The translations under genes were made by a program, and so were the position numbers. From assembly GCF_009914755.1 (NCBI RefSeq), contig NC_060929.1: a stretch of 64,000 nucleotides of DNA; one strand, written 5' to 3'. The first letter of the stretch is position 1; each line of letters begins with the position of its first letter. This document shows, in pieces, positions 21,695 through 34,770 of this stretch. This DNA is from the human T2T-CHM13v2.0 reference genome, Homo sapiens. The notes beneath the pieces are model-generated. The model was given only the letters and a program-made list of their open reading frames with translations. It made no database searches and was not told the DNA's origin.

Positions 21695-22440
21695 TAATAT
21701 TCATCTGTTGAGTGGGTACTTATCCATATTCATAATATATGCTAGGTAATGTGAGATATATAAGCCAATACAATATACATTCCCTAGTCTCAAGAAACTT
21801 TAATATCTAGTTGAGTAGGTAAGCCATTCTTATAAAAATATCAAATAGCAACACATATATTCAATATCAATTAAAAAATACAAGGATGGCACAAATTGGA
21901 CTTAAAGTTGGAAAAGTTTCATTACAGTCTTCTACCTGCCAGACACTATATTGGGTACTTCCTCTCATTAGGTGTCTCACCCAGCTCCTCAAAAACTCTT
22001 TGAGATATTTTCCCCCATGTATGAGATGAAGACAGAGGGGAGAGTAGATATAACTTGTCTGGGCCACATAGCCACTGAATGACTAAACAAGATTTTACTT
22101 CAATTTACCTCCATAAGCACATATTGAACATCTGTTCTATACCAGGCATAGTGTTTGACACTGAGATAAATAAAACGAAAAATCTGTTTTAAGAAGTGCA
22201 GAGGCTTGTAAGGAATAAAATATAAAAAGTTTAATGTGAATATAATGCAGTAAGTGCTGAAATAGATGTATACATAGGGAATGATAAGAACAGAGGAGAG
22301 AGCACCTAGCTCAGAAAGGTAATTGACTTAGACAGAGAAGGAAAATGTGACAGGCTTCCAAAACAGGCACAAGCACAAACAAGGTTACAGTGACACAAAC
22401 AACAGGGATAGTGGGAAATGCAGCTTTTGCAGCACACCAT
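21695..22440 (-). mobile_element. L2 3' fragments
   Basis: ttccctagtctcaagaaacttt...tctagttgag and atattgaacatctgttctataccaggcatagtg are antisense L2 tail-like. Confidence 0.6.
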
Positions 22441-22699
22441 GGTAACTCATGTGACCAGTGAGGGAAGAACACATTTAACACTATGCATCATGGTAGGAAG
22501 TAACCCCAGTGGGCCGAGGTATTGAGACAAGGCTTGAATTAAATAGGTTTTCTGTTGACTCATGAACTTTGGGTATATTTATTTTGATTACACAGATAAA
22601 GAATGACCAGATATTGTAAGTGAACATAAATGGGATCAATGAATACTTAGAGACAAAGGTGTTAAAACCAATATGGTAGGTTGAGGAATGTACAGGCCA

Positions 22700-24128
22700 G
22701 TATGGTAGATCTGCTAACTTTCCATTCTGATGATCAGTTGTCATGTACAAACTTGAAGCCTGTTATCACCTAGAGATGATCCACCTCTAAAATCATAAAT
22801 TCCACTCCCTGGCAACAACTTCTTAACTGTTCAGGTTTTATTGTCATCCTCATTCTCCAAACTGACCAAGACCTTTAATCCCTTAATCCTCCAATTTATA
22901 TGTCTTTATCAACCATAAACTATTTAATTCCTGACTGATCTAGACTCCCTGGCCTACCACTTCAGCCACTCCTCTTGCCTCAAGTTCCTTGCCTAATTTT
23001 ACTTTTATATCACACATTCCTGCAAAAACTTCAAGATTGGAACAATTCATTCTTATTTCTCTAGCTCTCTTTTCCATTATTCAAAGAAATGATTTTCATG
23101 ACTATTTCTCTCTAAGCCAGTTACCTTCTGACTCTCAGCTCATTATCTCTTCACAAAGAGAATGGAAATTGTCATCCAAGCACTACAAACAAATGGAGAT
23201 AGTGTCCACTGCAATCAATCACAAGTGTAGAGGTATTATGAGGCCAATCCTTTTATCTGTACTTTGGATTCTCCTTCCTCCTTTTTTACCTGTCTTTCTT
23301 CCCTTTTTTTTTTTTTCAGATTCTTACATATTTGCTATCTCTTTCTCAAGAATATTGTCTAAATATACTTAGGTCTTTCCAATCACAAAAGCAAAACAAC
23401 ACCCTTTTCCACAAGTCACTCTTTTGCTACTGTCCTATCTACCTCTAGCATTGGCAAACATTGAAAAAGTGGCCTAGAGTCATTGTTCTGTGCTTCCTTC
23501 ACTTTCAATGCATTCTTCAACCCATTGCAAACTGGAAAACATTGCCAAGAGTTCTCTGAAACTGTTTTTGTTAAGGTCATCAATGAATGCCTTGTTTCCA
23601 AATCCCTCGTAGGTATTCTTACTTTATTTTACTGGTAGGACTTGATATTGCTAACTAACCCCTCCTCTTTAAACATGGTTTCCTCGGTGTAATTACATCA
23701 CTCTCTAATTTTCTTGGTAGACTTCTTGTCCACTGCCATTTCTCTAAATATTAGTGTCTTCAGGGATATCTCTTAGGTCTTTGACGCTTATCTTTCAATG
23801 CGTTCTTCCTGATGAATATCATTTATATCTTTAATCATAATTTACACACCTATACCATCATTCACATGTGGGAAAATGTGATCCAAGGAATAAATCCTCA
23901 ACTAATGTATTTTTGGTGAGTTTTAGTCAGTCCTACATGTTTAAATAAGTACTCAATTTCTACCCTTGTTGTTGATGATGCATCCAGCTTTGAAACCGTG
24001 CCCTTTCACACGGCCGTTTTTCAACAGGTCCAAAACTGGATGTATCATCTCCTTCTCTCTTTCTTCCAGCCAACTTTCATAAATATTCTCAAATCCATGA
24101 ACTTCCTTTCTAATAACATTATTCTAGT
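22700..24128 (+). mobile_element. L2 body (RT-region relic)
   Basis: Pyrimidine-rich; ctgaaactgtttttgttaaggtcatcaatga...ttccaaatcc and caacaggtccaaaactgga are characteristic L2 segments. Confidence 0.75.
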
Positions 24129-24998
24129 AAATGACTAGAATTTGACTAGAATAATGTTGCATTTTCTAATGTAAAAAAAGAAACCTAATCACTTAAGACA
24201 TCTATAATTGAGTATGAAATGTATAATACAGGTGAATAGCAAAATATTAAAATTAAATGAACTAAAAATTATACCCCTTTTAATTAAGTTGAAACATTGA
24301 GTGAACTACACATAAAATGCTAAGTTTCAAAAGCCTAACTCATAAGAAACAAATATTTTAATCAAGTTAAGGACACATCATTTTAATATTAATATTCCTA
24401 GTTCCCAGCATCATGAGCTATAACAGAGTTGCTGGTCAATTGATATTTATTAATAAATTAGTCTGTTTGTTCTTCAATACTACAAAAAAGTGAAAAGCCT
24501 TACAAGATTTTCAACCAGGTAATTCACACATGAATATGATAAAGTTGTAATTTATTCTATATACTGAATGGCTAATAAAATAAGAATGTTACAACTGTCC
24601 TGATTTATGTCTGATAGAATTATATAATTAAGTAGAATATGGTAATAATACAAGGAATATCAGGTATTAAAATGACTAGTCAGGTTAGCTTTGTATTAAA
24701 CAAAGCTCTATTTTACAGCTTTAGTTTCAGTGCAAAAGTGACCACTATTCATGGGGAAAAAACTTTTTTGACAAGCTTGACCCCACCATAAATGGAAAAC
24801 TAGTATTTTATGCCTCCTGCTAAGGAAGAAGGTTGACTCTTCTTCAGCCAAAACAAACTTTATAATTTTTTTCCTCAGTAAGGTCATTTCCTCCCTAAGC
24901 AGTGAGTATGGATTAATATGCTGATAAGAAATTAGTAAGTCTAGTTCATATTGCAGTAACACTCTGGACTGAAAGCAAATAGGAATGAATTTTACTGT

Positions 24999-25381
24999 TG
25001 ATGTCGTTTGGTTTTGTGTCCCTGCCCAAATCTCATGTCCAATTGTAATCCCCAATTTTGGAGAAGGGGTCTGGTGGGAGGTGATTGGATCATGTGTGCA
25101 GATTTCCCCCTTGCTGTCCTGGTGATAGTGAGTGAGTTCGTACGAGATCTGGTTGTTTAAAAGTGTATAGCACCTTTCCCTTCTTTCTCTTTCTCCTGCT
25201 CCTGCCGTGTAAAATGAGCCTGCTTTCCCTTTGCCTTCACCATGATAGTAAGTTTCCTGAGGCCTCTCCATCCATGCTTCCTGTACAGTCTGCACACCTG
25301 TGAGCCAATTAAACCTCTTTTCTTTATAAATTACCCAGTCTCAGGTATTTCTTTATAGCAGTGTGAGAATGGTCTAATATG
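24999..25381 (+). mobile_element. MSTA-like MaLR solo LTR with 5-bp TSD
   Basis: tgatgtcgtttgg...cccaaatctcatgtccaattgtaatcccc...aattaaacctcttttctttataaattacccagtctcagg; TSD ACTGT/ACTAT. Confidence 0.92.
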
Positions 25382-25397
25382 ACTATGGTTCCATCCT

Positions 25398-26155
25398 CCT
25401 TTTATTGTAAAATACACAAATACAAATAAAGACATAAAAAACATGAATGCACAACTTAATTAATTATAATAAAGCAAACATCCATGTAATTCACCACCAA
25501 GTAACAAAAGAGAACTTTGTCAACAGCTCTACCCAATTATAACACCTTTTCTCCCACTCTAAGAAACTGTTGTTCGGATATTTACAGTAATATTTTCCTT
25601 GCTTTTCATTACAGTATTACTATGTGAAAATGTATCATTAAATTACATAATTTAGTTTTACTTGTTTTGAACTTAATATGAATGTAATAATGTAGTATAT
25701 ATTTCTTTTGTGTGACTTCTTCCTTTCAATGTTAGGTTTTTAAGATTTATCCGTGTTGCTAGTGATAACTGTAGTTCCTTCATTTTAATTGCTGGTGAGT
25801 AATCCCCTGCATAAATACACCTTAATTTACTTTTCCATTCTATTGCTGATAAATATTGGATTGCTTACAGCTTTTGCTATTGTAAATAAGGATGCTATCA
25901 CATTTGGGCATATGTATCCTAGTGTACCTAAGCATGACTTTTTGTAGAGTACACAATCAAAAGTTAATTTCTGGTCTGAGAGTATATATATATATATATA
26001 TACATATATATATAATGTATATATATATATGTATATATATATATGTGTGTGTGTGTATGCATATATATAATATATACATATATATAAAAATAACTTTACT
26101 AGAATGAAAAACAATAAAAATAGCAGAGAATTTTGAAAATTGGTTGTATCAGTTG
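25398..26155 (-). mobile_element. L1ME-like 3' end, containing an expanded microsatellite
   Basis: aaagcaaacatccatgtaa...caccaccaag, ttttaagatttatccgtgttgc and cagcttttgctattgtaaataaggatgct. Confidence 0.8.
25984..26087. repeat. Compound (TA)n/(TG)n microsatellite
   Basis: Direct read. Confidence 0.95.
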
Positions 26156-27234
26156 AATTGGTTTTATTTAAGAAAGAGGATCTTAAATTCGACAGGTAAA
26201 TTCCATCTAGTATTTCATATTTTACAAGAAAACAAGTGAATAGTCTGATTGAATTTTCAAAATAAAATAAAAATAAAGTATGAATGCCTAAAAGAGATTA
26301 GCAAATACCAGTGTTTTTTTTTCTAATTAAAAATGCATATTTTCTCACAAAATTGACAGGAATGCATCAATCACATTCATCTAAATTCTTATTGAAACGA
26401 TAGTGCAAGAAGAAACAGGTAGAGCCTGTGAAGATTCAAAAGTAGATATAATGATTAGATTTTCATTTTATGGAATTCACATTTCTCTTATAATTTCACA
26501 AAGTTTGGAAGCCTTGCCCAACATGCAATTAAACAAATATCATTTGGGCTTATTAAAGAACTGGTTCTTAAAATACAACTTCCACTTTTTTTTTCTATTT
26601 ATAAAGTTTGAGCATGGGAAGCTCTGCACTGAAACCAGTAAATCAAATCAGTGCTCTAGGACCTGGGAACTAGTGACTAGTTCTCTTGAAATGGAAAAAA
26701 TAAAAAAGTCCCTATGCTTTGATTTACCATGAAACAAAATCCCTTTTCTTAAATTGCTTCAGAATTTTTAGAACCAGTGTAGGGGAGATTAAAAAAAAAT
26801 GATTGTGAGTGTATAAGTATGAGATGTTTATAAGCATGAATTTTTCCTGTGGGTAAAAAAAAAAGGAGGCAAGTAAAAAAAAAATTCATCCTGGAAGTTT
26901 CCTCAGGGCCTGGGACTTTAGAAAGTATGTGCCCTGGGACAAAAGATGTCGCCGAGGAAAAGCTGATTGGTCTTTGCTCTCACACAGCTTACAGTCTACA
27001 GGGAGACGCAAAAGAAGGAAAAAGCAGAGGTACTGTATCAGAGTGAAAGGCCCATAAAAAAGGGCACTTGATTAAGTAGGACTCGAATGATGAGAAAGTT
27101 ATGATAGAGAAAGAAGGGCGTGATTTTTTCTAGGAAGAGAATAAAAGCCCAGAAATGAGAAAGAAGGAACAGTAGGATCAGACATTAATAGAAGGATCTT
27201 TGAAGTCGGGCAGCCATGGGATAAAATCCCAAGT

Positions 27235-27400
27235 ATTCCAAGTAGTAACTGTGTGACTTTGGTTAAAGTCACTTACCCTCTCCTTATAAAATGGAGATAA
27301 TAATACTTAACAAATAAGATTTTCGCAAGGATCAACTAATAGAATGTTTATAAAGCATGCATAGAAGTTCTTCCACAAAAGTAGGCAACTACATTTATAG
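27235..27400 (+). mobile_element. MIR fragment
   Basis: aactgtgtgactttggttaaagtcacttaccctctc...taaaatggagataataatac matches the MIR core. Confidence 0.75.
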
Positions 27401-28059
27401 CAGAATCAGACATTTTGGGCATGAGTAGGGGTTCATGTGAGTCAAGAACATGCAGAGAGAAGCAGTTTATGTCACCCAGAGCATTTGGGCTATATGAAAT
27501 AATTCAGTCCTTATGCTAAAAATAAGGGAGAGAGCCGCCAACAGATCTGTGTTTCAGAAAGGGGGCTTGGGCTGTAGTAGGAATGGTTGGAAGAAGAATA
27601 GAGGCAGGAAAACTAGTGAGGATCTGAATGCGGGTAATATCAGGGAAGAGGATTGGAATTTGGTGTATTTAAAAGATATTTGAATGCAAGACACCCATTT
27701 CTGGGAGTTTGGCAGGCAAGAGGAATAAAACTCTTCCCCAGGTGTATGTTTGTATGTATGCATATACCTATATATTTATATTAATATTTGAAAACAAGTT
27801 AATTTTTAAGTAAGGAAGGGAAATGTAAACAGGGCCAGAAATAAATCATTGGATGAATTGAGGGGAGTTAGTAAACTCTGAGGCTAATTGTTGTCATGGG
27901 TATGTCTACTGCTCTTGGGTAGCCTGGAGCTTAGGTTTCAATGACAGGCAAATGTGGAGTACAAGAAACAAAGCCTTGTCCCCACAACCCCAGCGCTCCA
28001 CACGGATCCTACACTTACAGAGAGTTAATCGCAAAGAAAGGGTGACCTAGAAAACAATT

Positions 28060-30785
28060 CTGTGCAGTGTTAATATCAGACAAATAGTTCTAAAGGCAAA
28101 AATCTTATCACTGGAAATGAAGAAGGTAACAATATAATCATAAATCTTTTAATTTATCAGGAAAATGTAGTAATTCTAAACTTGCAAGCACCAAATAATA
28201 TAGCTTCAAAATATACAAAGTGATAGTTGACATCAGAATGAGATATTTCAACATGGTGCTCTCACTATTACAACAGGAAGATAAAATAATAGGTAAAAGT
28301 ATGAAAGATTTGAACAACACAATTAACCAATTTGTTATTGTTTAATAAATAAAATATATGTTTAAAGCACATATAAAAAACTGTACACCCAACTTTTGTG
28401 GTATATGTATTCTTTTGAAGCACATATTGAACATATTGTTCCATAAAGAAAGTCTCAAAAAATTCCAAAGAATCAATAGCACACATAAAATTGCTTAGTA
28501 TTAAATTACTTAACACATAAATTGCTAAAATTTAGATGCATTTAGAAATCAACCAAACCAAAAATATGTTAAAATTGTTTACATTGTATGTGTAAACCAC
28601 GCATGGGACAAAGCAGATTTCAAAATGCAACTTAGAAAATATTCAGACTTGACTATTTTTGAAATATTTTTGAAATATATTTGAATATTTTGAATATTTT
28701 GAAATATTTTTGAAATATATTTGAAACACTATTTCAAATTATATAAGATGCAACAACAAAAAACAATTACTCAAAAGGAAATCTATAGTTTTTAATATCT
28801 ATCTCAGAATAAAATAAAGGTTAAAAATTATTTATCCAACTTAAGAAGTCAGCAAAAATCATAAAACACCTTAAAAGTGCATAAAGGAAGTAAAACTAAG
28901 AAAATAATACAGTTAAGATTAGAAATTCATGAAACAGAAAATAAAGTTACTGTATTAGCAACGCCAGAAATTCAGTTATTGGGGGCAACTGAGAGATGAC
29001 AGAATTCTAGGAAGTTTTCACTACTTCGATTTATCATATGCTAGATGTCCTGGACTTCCCTGTTAAACAAAAATAAATAAGCATTGGAAAGAAAGAAACC
29101 AAACTGTCATTATTAGCAGATGACATAATTATCTACATGAAAAACTCAAAAGACCAATATTAAAATTAATAAGAAAGTTTAGGAAGTTGCATATGTAAAT
29201 AAAGTAGATCATGATCAAAGACAGGTAGATTTAATACTGTAAAGTTGTCAACTTTGTGCAAATTGATTTATAACTTCAATGCAAATTTAATCACAACCTC
29301 AACAGGACTTTTTGTAGATTATGGTAAATGTTTTTAAAATTTATTTGGTAAAGAAAATGAAAAACACAGTCAGGGAATACTTAAAGCAAAGCAAAGTAGG
29401 AGAAACTGCTCTACTGCATGTCCAAACTTATGATAAAGCTACAGTATTTATTGGGAAAAGAATATAAAATACACCAGCAAAAGAAAGCTAAGAGGTAGAC
29501 CCACACAGATATAGAAACATGATATAAAACGGGAAAGTGACACATTGTACAATCAATGGCAACAGAATGGTTTGCAGTTTTAACAAATAATTTGTTCCTT
29601 ACATCACGTCATACACAAAAATCAATTCCAGGTGGGTTAAAATCTTAAATGCTGAAGATAAATTTTTATAGGAAATTGTAGGATATTTTTATGATTTCTG
29701 GGGAGTGAAAAGTTTTCTTAAGTCAAAACACCAAGTAAAAATATTGTTTATGTAATTTACATTAAAATTTAGAAGTCCTGTTGATCAAAAGAAAGAAACA
29801 ACTTTTTTATTGATTACAAATAAACACAAAATAGCCATTGACTGGGAGTAAGAAATTTGCACATGCAAAACTGAAAAATGATATCAATCTACATATATAA
29901 AGAACTTCTAAAATTCACTAAGAAAAGGCAAACTACCTAATAAAAAATCAACAAAAATACAAACTCGTATATTTCACAGAAGAGAAAACAGATGGCCAGC
30001 AACAAATAAAAATATATCTACATACATTAAATTTCAAAGAAATTAAAACTAAACCACAACAAGATACTATTTATACCCACCATACTGACAAAAATAAATG
30101 GATTTAAAAATCAAGTGTTGGCCAGCATACAGAGTAATGGGAACTCTTAAACACTGCAAGAAAAAGTTTAAATTTTTGTGTATATACTTGGAAATAATTT
30201 GGCATTAATAGTAAAGTAGGAAATATGCATGTATAAAAACCCAGAAATTCTACTTTTGGGTATAAACTTTAATACAACTCCTGGTCATGTGGATTGAGTA
30301 CATGTACAATAATTTCATAGAAAATATTGTAATAGTAAAAATATTCTTTTTAAACGACCATTGTTAGGAAAATTTACAAATAAATTGCTATATATTCATA
30401 AAATATTTTTCAATACAAATTTCAAGTAAATTCCACCTACAAACAACAGTATAAATATTAAACCCTACGGTTGAGTGAAGAAAATCAAGTTGTTGAAAGC
30501 ATAGATATATTAGAATATCATGTTTATAGATTTTAAAACCAGGTAAAGCTAAATATTATATTGTTTGGGAACACATATAAAGATCAACAAGACAATGATT
30601 AACACAAAATTTAGAATAGTAATTAAGTCCGGAGGAGTGAGGAGGCACTGGAATGCTTTTAGATAAGCACAAAGTGAAATTAACAGAAAGTAATAGTGAC
30701 TTTTATTTCTTAATTAGAATACTGGGTTCATGAATATTAATTTTATAATTTTGCTACAAATATACACTGTTCATAATTCAAATTT
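28060..30785 (+). mobile_element. Old fragmented L1 (L1ME-like) ORF2 plus 3'UTR
   Basis: ttaatatcagacaaa (EN region), aaactgtcattattagcagatgacataatt (KLSLFADD-like), cacaaaaatcaattccaggtgg and cccagaaattctacttttggg. Confidence 0.82.
28654..28726. repeat. Short tandem repeat of 9-11-bp TATTTT(T)GAA(A) units inside L1
   Basis: About 7 imperfect copies read directly. Confidence 0.85.
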
Positions 30786-31404
30786 TAAATGTTGTGAAGT
30801 TGAATGCTAGTATTTGATTATTTTAAATGGTAGGGAAGAAGAAAGAATGAAAAATCAGCTCCACGTAGGTGTTTCTATTTAATGAGAGGAAGAAGAGGAC
30901 CTGGTAAAAATGAGTATGGGCAAATGAGAGGGCAGATAATGACGAACACATTTTCCAACTGTTCAGATTCAGATAACTGAGGTACATCTTAGTAAAATGA
31001 TGGGGAATCAACTTAATCTAGGACTGAATATGGCACAAGGGCTATGGGCCTTAAGTTCTGGGAATCATTGAAATAAATTATCTGAAGCCTTAGGAATGAA
31101 TGAAATTGCCTGATGGTGGGACAGAGATTGAATAGTAATGATAAGAGAAACAGTATACACTGTTATTAATGTTACAAGTTGGATGTTCCAGTGAGCTCTC
31201 ATCTCAGGAGGTTAAAGATCAGTAAATTGTAGGTTCTTGAACTGAAATTTATGTTCAGTAATTATGCAGGTCCTTCTTTGAGCTCCAGAATATAAGTGAT
31301 GAAGAGAGATTTACTACAAGGACAAGAATCAGCAATTCATGGTTTCAGACGGGCTGCAAGAAAACCTTTGAAGGAAATGATTATCTTTCAATAAGTTTCT
31401 TAAA

Positions 31405-31792
31405 ACCAGAGCCCAGAGACTTCTGAAATGTTCCACTTTCACTCCCTTGCTGGTCTTAATGAAGCAGTCATGTTATGAACCACCTACGAAGAGGCCCATG
31501 TGTCAAAACACTGCAGGTAGCCTGTAGGAACTCTGGGCCTCAGCCAAATAGCTAGAGGAAATGAATTCTGCCAAGATGTGAATGAGTTTGGAAGCCAGTT
31601 TATCTCATCTTCCAGATGAGACCCCAGACCTGTTGACATCTTGATTGAAACTTTATGAGATCTCAAGAAGAGCAAGCTAAGCCTGGCCCCAACTCCTGTT
31701 CCATAGAAACTCTGTGTTGATAAATGTGTGTTGTTTTAAGGTTCTAAACTTGTGCTTTAAGGTTCTAAATATGAAGCAATAGACAACATATA
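31405..31792 (+). mobile_element. MLT1F/H-like MaLR LTR
   Basis: gaggcccatgtg...aatgaattctgccaa...tgagtttggaagc...cttccagatgagaccccag...gataaatgtgtgttgttttaag. Confidence 0.85.
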
Positions 31793-33245
31793 TAATATTA
31801 TGTACGTGGTATATGTATGTTGGATATATTCATCAGGATGTATCTGCTCAATGAGGAGAACAGAGGAAAATATGGCAGTTGGAGGCCCTCATCCAGGTAA
31901 ATGATTGAGTCAGAAACATCAGTTTCTTGATGGACAAAGGAGGAGTGCAGAACTTTGATTGCAGATTGATTATTCTCTGAGCTTTTAATTTGATCATTTT
32001 GGGTTTCTGCCCTTAACTTACATGTATCTCTCTTCTAAGATATGCATTCATAGGTTGTATTAGCCATCACTAAAGGCAGCACACTTCTGGTTGAAGAATT
32101 ATTTACAATGAGTAACATTCTCCTCCAGTTAAATCCTAGAAAATCCAAAGATGGACAGTTAGATAAACATAATTAGCTCACTTTTTCTGTGCATGTGGCA
32201 TTATTCATTGGTTGCTTTTACAAAGTGGTTCAAATTTGCAATTTAATAAAACTCTGGAAAGCTTGGGGAAGTACATGGGGAAACAAAATTATTTGCTAGT
32301 ATTGTGAATTCTTTAACATTAAATTGTATTTAATAATTATTACAAAAACTATTTATATCAGGTGCAAAAGAATATAAACCTACACCTCACAAATTCTTAG
32401 TAAGAGAAATTCTCTGAATGAAATATTGGGTCTCTTAAATTCTTCTCTTTTTCATGTGTTTCATTGATACTACAAAGATCTCACTGAAGGTCATTCATTC
32501 TTTTTGAGGTCTCTATAGTATCAGTGATCCTAGCCACATCTTTGATTTAGAACATCAAAATGTCATAATTGATATCAAACTCATGAACACCAGATCAGAG
32601 CGTTGAAGCAATATTTGATGCCACATCAAATATACTTGTTTTTTCTTTGTGTGTTCTTCTTGTTCTTGGCTCTCTTTGTCTCTTTAACCACTTTCCTCAT
32701 AAGGGATCAAATTTGGAAATCTTCACATATTGACAATGGAGAATGTCTCTATAGGCTGAAATATACCAGACAGAGAGAAGGAGCTGATGTTACTAAAAAG
32801 GAAACCTCTACTGCTGATCTTTACAAGGTAGTAGCAGCTCATTGGTTGATCCATTAGGTGAGAATAATATAAAAATTAGGAAAGCATAATGCAATGCTGA
32901 AAAGAAAGATTCAGTGGAGAGGTTAAGTCAGAGGAGTAATAGAAAGACAAGAGAATGAGAATATTTACTGAGAAAACAAGAAAGAACAACTCAGAGAAAT
33001 AAATGTAGAAGGGTTATATTAGCAAGTGAAGCTGGGAACTGCCCATAGCAAAGGCTGGTAAGGTCAGGAGACAGCCTCAGCTTCAACACAGCTGCTCTCT
33101 GGCATTATTAATGGCATAAGAGTGGATCTGGGAATTGGTAAAACAGTAACAGCTAAAACAGCAGTTTAAAACATAGGAGTAAATCTCCAAGTCATTAAGC
33201 CTATCTATGAATTATACACAAAAAGTACCTTCTTGCTGGAAGTAC

Positions 33246-33492
33246 TTTTACTTTGACAAATAAAAATTGTGTGTATTTGTGGTGTATTTTGTGATTTTTT
33301 GATGTATATATAATTATGAAATTATTACCACAATCAAGCTAATTAGCATATCCATCACCTCACATAGTTATTTTGTTTCATTTTTTTGTTGCAAGAACAT
33401 TAAAAATCTACTCTCTTAGTAAATTTCAAGTACACAATACAGTATTATTAACTACAGTTCCCATACTGTATGTTAGAGCTCCAGAACATTTA
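33246..33492 (-). mobile_element. L1MA8/9-like 3' end
   Basis: accacaatcaagctaattagcatatccatcacctcacatagtta...aatctactctcttagtaaatttcaagtacacaatacagtattattaacta. Confidence 0.9.
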
Positions 33493-34577
33493 CTTTAAAC
33501 CCAGAGTAGTCTGAATATTGAGCTTATTGTTTAGAACCACTTGGGGATTCAGCTCAATTTCCCCTAAGTCCTGCTTTCCACCTGCATAAGGGGACTCTGG
33601 AAAGATGAGAAAAGTTGTACTACGAGGCGTTCAGTTGCCCAAGTACTAAAAAATCCTCTCTCTTCCCAGTTTTCTGTTACTTAGAGTTATACCGTATAAA
33701 TATTGTGCCCTAAGGAAAAAAGAAGTGAGAAGAGTATGCTGCCTATTGAATGCTAAAGCTCAATCCACCATAAAACTCCCTGCATCTTTCAAAAAAGACA
33801 GGAATGGGCTACCGCAGTGCTAGGAAAATTATTCCAGAGACCGGTGCATCTAAAACCCTAGTGTGCTTAACAATCATCTTTGTTAGAACAAAGACCTGGC
33901 CCCTGTGCCCAGAGAATCTAACAAGTTCTTAGGTTGTGCTCATGCCAGTTCATGGACCACTTATTGAGAAGCAGTAAGACAGACAATTGCTCCCCTTTAG
34001 TGGAATTCTTTCCTAGGGGAGCTGTCTGCACTTAGCTGTGTATTGTCTTCTTCCAACCTTCAGTGTGTACGATGATGACTTTTACCAATGCAGTGGGTTG
34101 AGGAGCCACCAGTGCCATCTCCACAGGGGTTCTCTCCTATACCACTATCTCTCAAGGCTGTTACTACCTTTTTATTCAGGAAAACAACAACATCCACAGA
34201 GAACTTTGAATATTCCTCTCTCCAAAAAGGACAGCAGGCACTGAGGCATTCCGCTCACTTAAGGTGATCCAATAGTGCCCAGCAATATTCAAGTTATTTT
34301 GCCACCACTTCAATACCTCCTCACTTGGCAGACATCTCCAATGTTGGTTTTTTTTGTAACTGTCCCACACTAGTGAAACCCTCACTGTGAGGTTTGGCTA
34401 GAGATAACTCAACTGGGCTGGTGGGTGATTTTGTGTCTCTCACTCTTTCTAAACACAACCCAGTAGACGCATGGCTTCATGTTACTTCAAGGGCTTTCCT
34501 AGCTGGAGATTCTAAGCTGGTTTGTTTCAAAATTTCTCCACATTTCTGACGGAAAAAAAAGGGGTGCCGATACTGAT

Positions 34578-34770
34578 AGATGCCAGGCATTGTACTACTC
34601 CCTTATTTAAGTTATTTTATTTAATTCTCACAATAGCCCTTATGAAATAGATATTGTCATTCTCATTTTATAAATGCTGTAACTAAGATACAGAGAGATT
34701 AAATCACTTCATGAAATTGAATGGCTCAAAACCAAATAAACTGAGATTTGAATCTAATTTCTCACTGTTT
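34578..34770 (-). mobile_element. MIR
   Basis: tgccaggcattgtact...tttaattctcacaatagccctt...ctcattttataaatg...cagagagattaaatcactt. Confidence 0.8.

Noticed and set aside
24708-25295. 195-aa minus-strand ORF, the longest in the track
   Set aside because: N-terminal half is antisense MSTA LTR and the rest is chance read-through; no domain resemblance.
25827-26114. Tyr/Ile-rich ORFs here and at 16360 and 51771
   Set aside because: Microsatellite translations.
28654-28726. Repeat array as a CRISPR-like structure
   Set aside because: No unique spacers; eukaryotic slippage repeat inside L1.
28960-29080. Internal gap in the old L1ME
   Set aside because: Fragmentation is routine for elements this old and the junction cannot be resolved by eye.
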